Shown one piece after another: positions 25,671 to 33,568 of a DNA stretch of 49,632 nucleotides. The stretch lies in IMG/VR virus record IMGVR_UViG_3300017700_000437, positions 1-49,632 of that record. One strand, 5' to 3'. The notes under the pieces were generated by a model. It worked only from the letters and a program-made list of their open reading frames with translations. It was not told the DNA's origin and ran no database searches. The stretch's first letter is position 1. Each line of letters begins with the position of its first letter. The stretch is from a virus (Duplodnaviria > Caudoviricetes). Made by a program: the position numbers and the translations under genes.

Positions 25671-25715
25671 AGAATAGCACATCGCGCCGCCGCCGTCAAA
25701 TCACGATTTCGTGAT
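25671..25715 (-). promoter_or_regulatory. sigma70-type promoter with adjacent palindrome
   Basis: TTGACG-N17-TATTCT (25699-25671). Palindrome ATCACGA-TT-TCGTGAT at 25700-25715 abuts the -35. Confidence 0.65.
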
Positions 25716-25765
25716 GCGCTCATCTTAGCGCCGCGAGGTAATTGGTTCGCGATGGCTGCATATGT

Positions 25766-26110
25766 CTAGAACCTGCGCCTGAATGGCTTGGTTGGTGGCT
25801 GAGGCTTGAATTGCTTATCCACAATCGCCTCAGCAACCTTGCGCTTGCGCTCAGCATCAGCTTCAAGCCCTTGAGCATATGCAATCCTATGCGCCTTCAT
25901 TCGCTCAGCGTAATCCTCAATCATATTTGCACGCTGCACAATCCGCTGAGCTATCTCAGGCTTGATCTCATGCACTGTGTTCTCTCCACCAAGATCATCC
26001 ACAAACGTAAGCTTGGCCCTAAGCTCACGCACATCCTCGCGAGCATTCTGGATTATGCTCAATCCTTCAATAAGCAGCGCATGGTTCGGAGGCTTAGGCT
26101 TGCGGGGCAT
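25766..26110 (-). CDS. Hypothetical early protein
   Basis: First gene after the 26151-26179 promoter; ends PPTKPFRRRF. Confidence 0.7.
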   Translation of the reverse strand: MPRKPKPPNHALLIEGLSIIQNAREDVRELRAKLTFVDDLGGENTVHEIKPEIAQRIVQRANMIEDYAERMKAHRIAYAQGLEADAERKRKVAEAIVDKQFKPQPPTKPFRRRF

Positions 26111-26150
26111 TGATGTCTCACACTCTCAGGGGTGATTGCGCCATTGTATC

Positions 26151-26179
26151 ACTATACCATATCCATCCGCTGAAGTCAA
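26151..26179 (-). promoter_or_regulatory. sigma70-type promoter (outermost early promoter)
   Basis: TTGACT-N17-TATAGT, with TG upstream of the -10 and an A/T-rich UP-like tract. Confidence 0.8.
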
Positions 26180-26220
26180 CAACAATTTCAGGCCATAGAT
26201 TCCCTCATCCCCTGCCACCA

Positions 26221-26419
26221 CCTCATGGCACTCTAGGTCGCCCTAGTGCAGCCCTCATTGCCTAGTTCTGCATCCCGCAGTGCGTCCGTGGGGGTAGGGG
26301 CTTGTCTTGGTCTGATAGAGAGAGCCTTGAGAACAGACAGCCCCTCGCCGTGTGCCCCGGTGCCCTATGCGAAACTAGGGAACTAGAGTACCACGAGAGT
26401 GACCTAGAGTGCCACGAGG
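26221..26419. repeat. Nested inverted repeats with iteron-like 15-mers
   Basis: 26221-26239 and 26401-26419 are complementary at 18/19 positions; further inner arms; CTAGAGTRCCACGAG at 26383 and 26404. Confidence 0.8.
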
Positions 26420-26563
26420 CCAATTAGACAAGCGGACGCTCCGCTTGTGCATCGCACCACGCTTGATGCACTGCACTCGCTGTGTTGCAGCATCGCCCGC
26501 GCGTTGCAAGCGTTGTGCCACTCGTCATGCGCTGGGCGCATATCGGCCATGCAAACACGCCGC

Positions 26564-26592
26564 TTGCAATCGCCGTGGCAAGGGCGCATGTT
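26564..26592 (+). promoter_or_regulatory. Possible sigma70-type promoter
   Basis: TTGCAA-N17-CATGTT upstream of the 26641 gene; the -10 match is weak. Confidence 0.4.
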
Positions 26593-26640
26593 GGCGTTGT
26601 CGCGATGATGCGACGTTGCAAACCGCTAAGGGAACATCAC

Positions 26641-26886
26641 ATGACCGATCTCAACACCATGACCAAGGAACAACTGATTGCCATGCTGCAAGCTGCGCAG
26701 GCTGCGCCCGCTCGCAAGATCAGCATGAAAGTTTCCGAGAAGGGCGCACTCTCGCTCTACGGCCTTGGTCGCTTCCCCGTCACACTCTACCGCACCCAGT
26801 GGGAACGCCTGCTTGCTCCCGACCAAGTCGCGGCCATCCTCGCATTCATCACGGCCAACACTGCGCTGCTGACCGTCAAGGACTGA
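26641..26886 (+). CDS. Small monocistronic protein (KVSEKGALSLYGLGRFPVTLY motif)
   Basis: 81 aa, SD AAGGGA, followed by a terminator. Confidence 0.75.
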   Translation: MTDLNTMTKEQLIAMLQAAQAAPARKISMKVSEKGALSLYGLGRFPVTLYRTQWERLLAPDQVAAILAFITANTALLTVKD

Positions 26887-26926
26887 TGCACTCCTGCCAC
26901 ACTGTGGCATCCATGCAACTGTGACA

Positions 26927-26971
26927 TTTGGGCCACTCTCCGCTTTCGGGTCGGGGGTGGCCCAAAATTTT
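26927..26971 (+). terminator. Intrinsic terminator
   Basis: 10-bp stem TTTGGGCCAC...GTGGCCCAAA followed by ATTTT. Confidence 0.65.
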
Positions 26972-27052
26972 GTCTCGCGCGTCCGGCCAGACTATCCTGT
27001 CGCACAGCGTATAAAATTTGAAATGTATGTACGAAAGGCCCATATCAGGGGC

Positions 27053-27080
27053 TTGACATCCGCGACGGTTGTGCCATAGT
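27053..27080 (+). promoter_or_regulatory. sigma70-type promoter for the packaging/structural operon
   Basis: TTGACA-N16-CATAGT with an extended -10 TG. Confidence 0.65.
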
Positions 27081-27128
27081 GTATGGTGAAGATGGTGGAC
27101 CGACTCTGCCACGCTTGGAGTGAAGGCA

Positions 27129-27521
27129 ATGCTCGAAGGTTTTGTGAATGTCTCGGTGATGCTCAAGCCCGGGGTCTACGCGCTGATCAAAGACGGCGCT
27201 GTGGTGTACATCGGCCAGAGCGTGAAGCCACTATCCCGCGTCGAGGCCCACCGATCCCTTTGGGGTCGAAAGAAGGCGCCCGGTTGGCTTCCTATCCGTG
27301 GCATCCTCTTCGATGAGGTCCACGTCCTACCCTGCCGAGTCGAAGACCTCGACATCGTCGAACGCACCTTGATCGATCTCTACAAGCCGAAGTTCAACAT
27401 CAAGCTCAAGGCTCCGGGCCCCGTGACCGCGGAGTTCAATCTCACCACCGCAACCGGCATCTGTGTCGCCATCAACGCCAAGACCGCCCCGCCCTCACGA
27501 GGCTTTGTACGAAGGATGTAA
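27129..27521 (+). CDS. GIY-YIG nuclease family protein
   Basis: GVYAL..VVYIGQS...RVEAH...ERTLI..KPKFN. Confidence 0.8.
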   Translation: MLEGFVNVSVMLKPGVYALIKDGAVVYIGQSVKPLSRVEAHRSLWGRKKAPGWLPIRGILFDEVHVLPCRVEDLDIVERTLIDLYKPKFNIKLKAPGPVTAEFNLTTATGICVAINAKTAPPSRGFVRRM

Positions 27522-27525
27522 TCCC

Positions 27526-28176
27526 GTGGCTACCCTACAGCGCGGCCGCAAGGCCATCGCCTCACCCATCGAGATCACCAACCTGCGCGAACTCAAGCGC
27601 GGGGACCTCGCTGTGCTGGCGCAGCCCCGGCCGCCCAACGCTCTACAATCCCTCCGCGACAACCACCACCGCGTAGCTCGGGCCCTTGCCTCTGGCATGT
27701 CCAACAGCGACGTCGCCCTTACCTGCGGCCTCTCGATCAACCGCGTGAGCATGCTCAAAGCCGACCCGGCCGTGAAGGAACTCATCGCCCACTACCGCTC
27801 CATGCTCACCGCGGAGTGGCTGAAGGAAGCCGACCCAGTCATCGACTTCCTTCGCTCGAACTCCCTCAAGGCCGCGGCGATGCTCAGCGACAAGCTGGAC
27901 GCCGCGGCTGAGAACGACGAGTTCCTCCCCACGCGCGATCTCCTCGGCATCGCGGAACTCGGCTTCGATCGCACCGGTTACGGCAAGGTCAACAAGAACC
28001 TGAACGTCAACGTCGACTTCGCTGCGAACCTTGAGGCCGCGCGGAAGCGTACCGAGGCCGCACGAAGCTCTCGCCAGATTGAGGCTTCCCCCCTGCGGCC
28101 TCAATCGCCACCGAGCGTCAGCGACAGACCTCCGGCCTCTGATCGCTCGGTGGCGCCATCCTTCCGCCGGTTATGA
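27526..28176 (+). CDS. Probable terminase small subunit
   Basis: HTH-like segment (GMSNSDVALTCGLSINRVSML), DRTGYG; directly upstream of TerL; GTG start with SD AAGGA. Confidence 0.65.
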   Translation: MATLQRGRKAIASPIEITNLRELKRGDLAVLAQPRPPNALQSLRDNHHRVARALASGMSNSDVALTCGLSINRVSMLKADPAVKELIAHYRSMLTAEWLKEADPVIDFLRSNSLKAAAMLSDKLDAAAENDEFLPTRDLLGIAELGFDRTGYGKVNKNLNVNVDFAANLEAARKRTEAARSSRQIEASPLRPQSPPSVSDRPPASDRSVAPSFRRL

Positions 28177-28190
28177 AAGGGGAGACGTAG

Positions 28191-29891
28191 ATGCTTGAGC
28201 GCATCGAGAGTGTTAGTCGGGCACACTCGGATCAGCCGTTCGCGTCTGCGTCTCCCCGACCACCCGAGGACGAGGACGGGGGTAGGACGGGACTGTGGGC
28301 CAACGGCCCTGGGAACAACTCCGATGGTATGTCCGACGAACTCCTCGAATGGCTTGCCAGCGTCGCGGACGATCCCTACGCCTTCGCGCTCGGGGCGTTC
28401 CCGTGGGGGCAGGAAGGCACCGTCCTCGCCAAGTTCGATGGACCCCTTGACTGGCAACGGGATGTAATGGAAGGAATCCGCATTGCGCTTCAAGAAGGAA
28501 CCATGACACCCGAGCAAGCCATCGGCTACGCTCAAGCTATCGAAGAGCCTCAGCCAATTCAAATGGCCACAGCCACCGGCCATGGCGTTGGCAAATCAGC
28601 CCTCGTCTCGATGGTCACCCTATGGGCGTTCACCACCTTCCCCGATTGCCGCGGCGTCATCACCGCCAATACCGAAACCCAGCTCAAAACCAAAACCTGG
28701 GCCGAACTCGGCCGCTGGTTCAACCTCTGCTGGTTCACCCGCGACCACTTCACCCTGAACGCCACCAGCTTGGTCTCCAAGGACCCCTCCCGCGAACGCA
28801 CGTGGCGCATCGACATGATCGCGTGGTCCGAAACCAACCCCGAAGCCTTCGCGGGTATGCACAACCGGGGCAAGCGCCTCCTGATCATCTTCGATGAAGC
28901 GTCCGCGATCGCCGACATCATTTGGGAAACCATCGAGGGCGCCACTACCGACTCCGACACCCAAATCATCTGGCTCGTCTTCGGCAACCCCACCCGCAAC
29001 TCCGGCCGCTTCCGCGATTGTTTCCTCGAAGGCCACCACGCCTCGATGTGGAAGTCGCGTCAGATCGACAGCCGCACCGTGGCCATCACCAACAAGTCCC
29101 GCTTCGAGCGCTGGGAGAAAATCTATGGCGAAGACTCCGACTGGTTCCGAATCCGCGTCAAGGGAATGTTCCCGCGGCATGGTGAGATGGAATTCTTCTC
29201 TGCGAGTGATATCGATGCAGCAATGGCTCCTGACCGAGAGGTCTTTGTCGATGCCTTTACACCCCTCGCGATCGGAGTGGACGTCGCTCGTTTTGGCCGC
29301 AATAACTCAGTCATCTTCCCTCGGAAAGGACGTGACGCGAGAACTCTTGAGCGCAAACTCTACTCCGGCATCTCGACCACCGAACTAGCCAATCGAGTCT
29401 TCGACACCTTCACCCAATGGCGCCCCGACGGCATCTTCATCGACGGCGGCGGTGTCGGCGGTGGCGTCGTGGACCAGTGCCGCGAGAAGCGCCTGTTCGT
29501 TTGGGAAGTCCAATTCGGCGGCAAGGACGACATTACCGGCATCTACACCAACACCACTGGTGAGAAGTACGCCAACAAACGCGCCGCGATGTATGGCGCC
29601 CTCCGCGCGTGGCTCTCGACCGGGATGCTACCCGCGATCCCTGAACTCCGCACCGCGATGCTCGCCATCAAGTACACCTTCACGAAGAAGGACGAAATCC
29701 AACTCATCTCCAAGGAGGACCTCCTTGATGAAAACCCCGACCTTGATCTCGATACACTTGATGCTTTATGCCTCACTTTTGGAGGCCCTCTACACCGAAA
29801 TGCTTTTGCGGGCGGTGACCATCCACACCCCAAAGCAAACGCCGCCGAATGTGAATATGACCCCTACTCCGAGGAGCGAATGAATGCGTGA
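28191..29891 (+). CDS. terL: Terminase large subunit
   Basis: Walker A TGHGVGKS, Walker B IIFDEAS, GNPTRNSGRF, nuclease motif IGVDVARFG, DALCLTF. Confidence 0.95.
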   Translation: MLERIESVSRAHSDQPFASASPRPPEDEDGGRTGLWANGPGNNSDGMSDELLEWLASVADDPYAFALGAFPWGQEGTVLAKFDGPLDWQRDVMEGIRIALQEGTMTPEQAIGYAQAIEEPQPIQMATATGHGVGKSALVSMVTLWAFTTFPDCRGVITANTETQLKTKTWAELGRWFNLCWFTRDHFTLNATSLVSKDPSRERTWRIDMIAWSETNPEAFAGMHNRGKRLLIIFDEASAIADIIWETIEGATTDSDTQIIWLVFGNPTRNSGRFRDCFLEGHHASMWKSRQIDSRTVAITNKSRFERWEKIYGEDSDWFRIRVKGMFPRHGEMEFFSASDIDAAMAPDREVFVDAFTPLAIGVDVARFGRNNSVIFPRKGRDARTLERKLYSGISTTELANRVFDTFTQWRPDGIFIDGGGVGGGVVDQCREKRLFVWEVQFGGKDDITGIYTNTTGEKYANKRAAMYGALRAWLSTGMLPAIPELRTAMLAIKYTFTKKDEIQLISKEDLLDENPDLDLDTLDALCLTFGGPLHRNAFAGGDHPHPKANAAECEYDPYSEERMNA

Positions 29892-30138
29892 CATCACCGA
29901 GCCCTATGGCCTTTGCAATCTCGACCCCATTTCCGCTGCCGTGGGCGGCATCATCCCGGCCCTCTTCAGTGGTGGGGGTAGCAGCCAGCAATCCGCTCCT
30001 GCCCCACAGGCCCCACCGCCGCAGGCCCCACCCGCGAAATCCCCAGCGCCCAAGCAGAACACTCAGCAGCCCACCTTCATGGGCGGCATCCCTACCCCGC
30101 CGCCGGCCTCGGGGCAGAAGACACTTCTCGGTCAATGA
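29884..30138 (+). CDS. Small Pro-rich virion protein
   Basis: Ends KTLLGQ, typical of the small gene between TerL and portal in this podovirus type. Confidence 0.6.
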   Translation: MRDITEPYGLCNLDPISAAVGGIIPALFSGGGSSQQSAPAPQAPPPQAPPAKSPAPKQNTQQPTFMGGIPTPPPASGQKTLLGQ

Positions 30139-30169
30139 TTGTGGGTCGTAGACCCTGGGAACATCGTCC

Positions 30170-30496
30170 ATGCCCATAGTCCCCTTCAGCCCCAAGCCAT
30201 CCACGCCTCCACCGCGCAAGCTTCGTGCCGCCGATGAGCCCTGGCTCCTTATGGCTGCGGCGCAGATGGATGCACAAAACCGGCTTGTGGAACCCCATAC
30301 TATAAACGAAGGCCCTGAGTACGACAAATGGGATGAAGCCCTTCGTGAACGTGGCGCCATTCGCATTCCCAAAGAGCGTGATAATCCACAAGAGTGGATG
30401 AACCAACACGAGAAGATGTTACAAAAAGAAGGCATTGATCGCGAAGATCGCCCTGATGGCTCAGTCATCCTTCGTAAGAAAGCACTCACATCATGA
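30170..30496 (+). CDS. Hypothetical protein
   Basis: 108 aa, ATGA-coupled to the portal gene. Confidence 0.6.
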   Translation: MPIVPFSPKPSTPPPRKLRAADEPWLLMAAAQMDAQNRLVEPHTINEGPEYDKWDEALRERGAIRIPKERDNPQEWMNQHEKMLQKEGIDREDRPDGSVILRKKALTS

Positions 30497-32259
30497 GCCT
30501 TGAGCCCGCGTTCCCAACGATTGATCGGTCGTCGAATTCCGACGCCGATGCTGCGGCGCTGAAGTACTCCCAGGGCCGCCTGCTCAGCCTGCGCAACTAT
30601 CGCTACTCGTGGTGGGTCCATTGGCGTGAACTCGCGGACTTCTTCCTCCCAAGGAGATATCGATGGATCATAACCCCGAACATGCAGTCCCGCGGCTCGC
30701 CGATCAACCAACACATCCTCGATTCTACCGGTGTGATCTGTGCTCGCAACTTAGCGAGCGGCCTTGTTTCGGGCAAGTCTTCTCCAACCCGGCCATGGTT
30801 CAAACTACGAGTGGGGAAGATCGATTCGACGCTTACATCGCCTGTAAGCTTGTGGCTCGCTGAGTGCGAACGCATCCTCTACCTTATCTTCGCCGAGTCG
30901 AACTTCTACAACTCCATCGCCCAGTTCTATTACGACCTCGTCATCTTCGGCACCGCAACGCAGCTCATCTTCGAGGACTTCGAGAACGTCATCAACTGCA
31001 TCAACCCCTGTGCCGGGGAATACTACATCGACATCGACGGCAAGTACCGCCCCACGATCTTCTACCGCGAATTCACCATGACCATCGGCGCCGTCGTCGA
31101 CGAGTTCGGCCTCGCTTCCTGCTCCGAGCCAGTCCGCAACGCCTACAACCTCCCCGATGGCAGTGGCCGCGCCCGCGAGATCATCGTCGCCCATTCCATC
31201 GAACCCAACGACGACGGCAACGCCGAGAAGTTCGGCTTCAGCCCCAAACTTGCCTTCCGCGAACTCTTCTGGGAATGGGGCGGCTCCGCGTCCCCGCAAT
31301 CCACTAACTCCCTCGCGCCCCAACACTTCCTCCGTCGCAAGGGCTACCACGAGCGCCCCAACATCACCGGCCGCTGGGACCTCGTCTCCAACGACCCCTA
31401 CGGCCGATCCCCGGGCATGGATGCCCTGCCCGATCAGAAGCAGCTCCAGCTCGAATCCAAGCGCAAGGCCCAAGCCATCGACAAGATGGTCAACCCGCCG
31501 CTGGTCGCGGACGTGCAACTCAAGAACCAGCCAACAAGCTTGCTCCCCGGCGGCATGACCTACGTCCAAGGCTACACCACTTCCGGCAAACCCGGCATCG
31601 CCTCGATCTACGACACCAAATTCCCCATACAAGAAATCACCGAGGACCTCAACGAAGTCCGGCAGCGTCTCTCCAAGACCTTCTTCAACGACGTCCTGAT
31701 GACAGCGAGCCAATATGAAACGCGCAGCAACGTCACCGCGATTGAGTGGGACATGCGTAAGTCTGAGTCTCTCGTTGCTCTTGGTCCCGCTCTTGAGCGA
31801 ATTGATCATGAGGTATTGGGGCCGGTCTTGGATCGTGTATTTGGCATCGCTAGTCGTGCTGGCATACTCCCTCCTGCTCCGCCGGAAATTCAAGGCCAAG
31901 CCATAAACGTCGAGTACGTCTCGATGCTCCAGCAGGCCCAACAGGCCGCGGCCTCCGCTGGCATCGAGCGCGTGCTCCAACTCGCCGGTGGTCTCCTCCC
32001 CGCCAAGGAGGACATCATGGACAACATCGACTCCGATTATGCCCTTGACAAATACTCCGAACTTCTCAATAACGATCCCAAGATAATCCGGAGTCCCGAG
32101 GCTGTGGCTCAAATCCGCCAGCAACGCGCTGAACAAGTCGCCGCCGCACAGCAGGCCGAGCAGGTGAAAGCCATGGCCGAAGCTGGCAAGAATCTTGGCA
32201 GTATCGAACTCGGCGGCGGCAACGTCGCGTCCGCCCTCGCTGGAGGCATCGCTCCATGA
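30493..32259 (+). CDS. Portal (head-tail connector) protein
   Basis: LASGL..SPTRPWF, SNFY..YYDLVIFGT, RW...YGRSPG, TA.E...LGP.LER, EYVSML.QAQ. Confidence 0.92.
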   Translation: MSLEPAFPTIDRSSNSDADAAALKYSQGRLLSLRNYRYSWWVHWRELADFFLPRRYRWIITPNMQSRGSPINQHILDSTGVICARNLASGLVSGKSSPTRPWFKLRVGKIDSTLTSPVSLWLAECERILYLIFAESNFYNSIAQFYYDLVIFGTATQLIFEDFENVINCINPCAGEYYIDIDGKYRPTIFYREFTMTIGAVVDEFGLASCSEPVRNAYNLPDGSGRAREIIVAHSIEPNDDGNAEKFGFSPKLAFRELFWEWGGSASPQSTNSLAPQHFLRRKGYHERPNITGRWDLVSNDPYGRSPGMDALPDQKQLQLESKRKAQAIDKMVNPPLVADVQLKNQPTSLLPGGMTYVQGYTTSGKPGIASIYDTKFPIQEITEDLNEVRQRLSKTFFNDVLMTASQYETRSNVTAIEWDMRKSESLVALGPALERIDHEVLGPVLDRVFGIASRAGILPPAPPEIQGQAINVEYVSMLQQAQQAAASAGIERVLQLAGGLLPAKEDIMDNIDSDYALDKYSELLNNDPKIIRSPEAVAQIRQQRAEQVAAAQQAEQVKAMAEAGKNLGSIELGGGNVASALAGGIAP

Positions 32260-32465
32260 CCAAGACTGTCCACTTCGAGTCTTCACGCATCCGCCGCGTC
32301 ACTGTTGATTGTTTTGGCAACATCCTCGAAGTCACCAACATGTTCAACATGTTCGGCGACGACACCGAGGACCCAGGCCTTGCTACTGCCTGTGTCGTAC
32401 ACACCAAAGATGGCCGTTGGCATTCCCTGCCAACGGACGAATGCCCCATCTACACGGTGCACTAA
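32256..32465 (+). CDS. Hypothetical protein
   Basis: Coupled on both sides; SD GGAGG. Confidence 0.6.
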   Translation: MTKTVHFESSRIRRVTVDCFGNILEVTNMFNMFGDDTEDPGLATACVVHTKDGRWHSLPTDECPIYTVH

Positions 32466-32947
32466 TGGAAGCCCCCAATGCCAGCAATCGCAAGAGCATC
32501 CGCGCCGCGGAAAAGGCCGCACGCATCCGCGATCGCGAGCGCCGCGAGATCATCACCCAAATCATGGTCTCCTCCCCCGGCCGCGCTTGGCTCTGGGACC
32601 GCCTCAGCGAGTGCAACATTTTCTCCACCACCCATACCGCCGACCCATACGCCTCCGCTTTCCAAGAGGGCCGACGTTCCGTAGGCCTATCCCTCTTGGC
32701 TGACATCATGGCCTACTGCCCCGACCAATTCATTCAAGCAATGAGAGAGCAAAATGAGCGACACATCAGACCCGACCCTGACTCCAACCCCCTCACCGAC
32801 CCCCCTGCCGAACGACGCGGCAGCCCGATCGCCGACGGGGGAGATTCTGGAGCCCTCGCAGATAGCGAAGCCGACGACCCCGGAAGTGAAGCCCCCAGTT
32901 ACGGCAGCCCCGGACACGACATCTACGTCGAAGCCCCCAGAAGCTAA
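32465..32947 (+). CDS. Bbp19-like protein
   Basis: GRAWLW...AFQEGRRSVGL motif between portal and scaffold; the 3' tail overlaps the scaffold gene. Confidence 0.7.
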   Translation: MEAPNASNRKSIRAAEKAARIRDRERREIITQIMVSSPGRAWLWDRLSECNIFSTTHTADPYASAFQEGRRSVGLSLLADIMAYCPDQFIQAMREQNERHIRPDPDSNPLTDPPAERRGSPIADGGDSGALADSEADDPGSEAPSYGSPGHDIYVEAPRS

Positions 32948-33482
32948 GCCTCCTGCGGCTCCCGATGCCTACTCCGACTTCACCGCGCCCGAGGGCTATA
33001 CCCTCGACAAGGACGCCATCGCTGCTGTCACTCCGATCTTCAAAGAACTCGGGCTCTCTCAAGAGGCCGCGCAGAAGCTCGTTGAAGTCCACGCCAAGCA
33101 GATGATCGACGCCGCCAAGGCACCACAATCCGCCTACGAAACCATGCGCAACGATTGGGTCGCCAAAGCCAAATCCGACCCTGACATGGCTAAGGCCGTC
33201 AACGGCGACAAAACCGGCCTCGACGCAGTCAAGCTCGACATGGGCCGTGCCCTTAACGCCATTGGCGACCCGGCCCTCGCTGCGGAGTTCAAAGCCGCGA
33301 TGGACCTCACCGGCGCTGGTGACCATCCAGCCTTCATCAAGACCTTCTGGAAGCTCGCCCAATTCGCCACCGAGGGCAAGCACGTCACCGGAGGCGGACC
33401 TTCACCTCACGGTCAGCAGGCCCCGGGCACCACCAATCGCCCCTCCCCTGCCGCCGCGTTGTACCCCAATCTACCGCACTGA
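32754..33482 (+). CDS. Capsid scaffolding protein
   Basis: Pro-rich N-terminus, YSDFTAPEG, GLSQEAAQKL, GDHP, C-terminal LYP; precedes the capsid gene. Confidence 0.8.
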   Translation: MSDTSDPTLTPTPSPTPLPNDAAARSPTGEILEPSQIAKPTTPEVKPPVTAAPDTTSTSKPPEAKPPAAPDAYSDFTAPEGYTLDKDAIAAVTPIFKELGLSQEAAQKLVEVHAKQMIDAAKAPQSAYETMRNDWVAKAKSDPDMAKAVNGDKTGLDAVKLDMGRALNAIGDPALAAEFKAAMDLTGAGDHPAFIKTFWKLAQFATEGKHVTGGGPSPHGQQAPGTTNRPSPAAALYPNLPH

Positions 33483-33483
33483 G

Positions 33484-33560
33484 CCTCAGAGAGGTTGAAC
33501 GCCATGGCCAGATCAGTCCGTTGGATACTACCCCCACCCCTAGTTCAACCTCACTGTAGG
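33484..33560 (+). promoter_or_regulatory. Stem-loop in the capsid gene leader reaching the SD
   Basis: GAGGTTGAAC (33491-33500) pairs perfectly with GTTCAACCTC (33543-33552), extendable by CCT-CAG/CTG-T-AGG. Confidence 0.6.
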
Positions 33561-33568
33561 AGAATATA

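Noticed and set aside
30805-32286. Long antisense ORFs (e.g. 493 aa opposite portal, 339 aa at 22701-23720, 280 aa at 36491-37333)
   Set aside because: They mirror well-supported genes on the other strand and lack motifs; they are codon-bias shadows.
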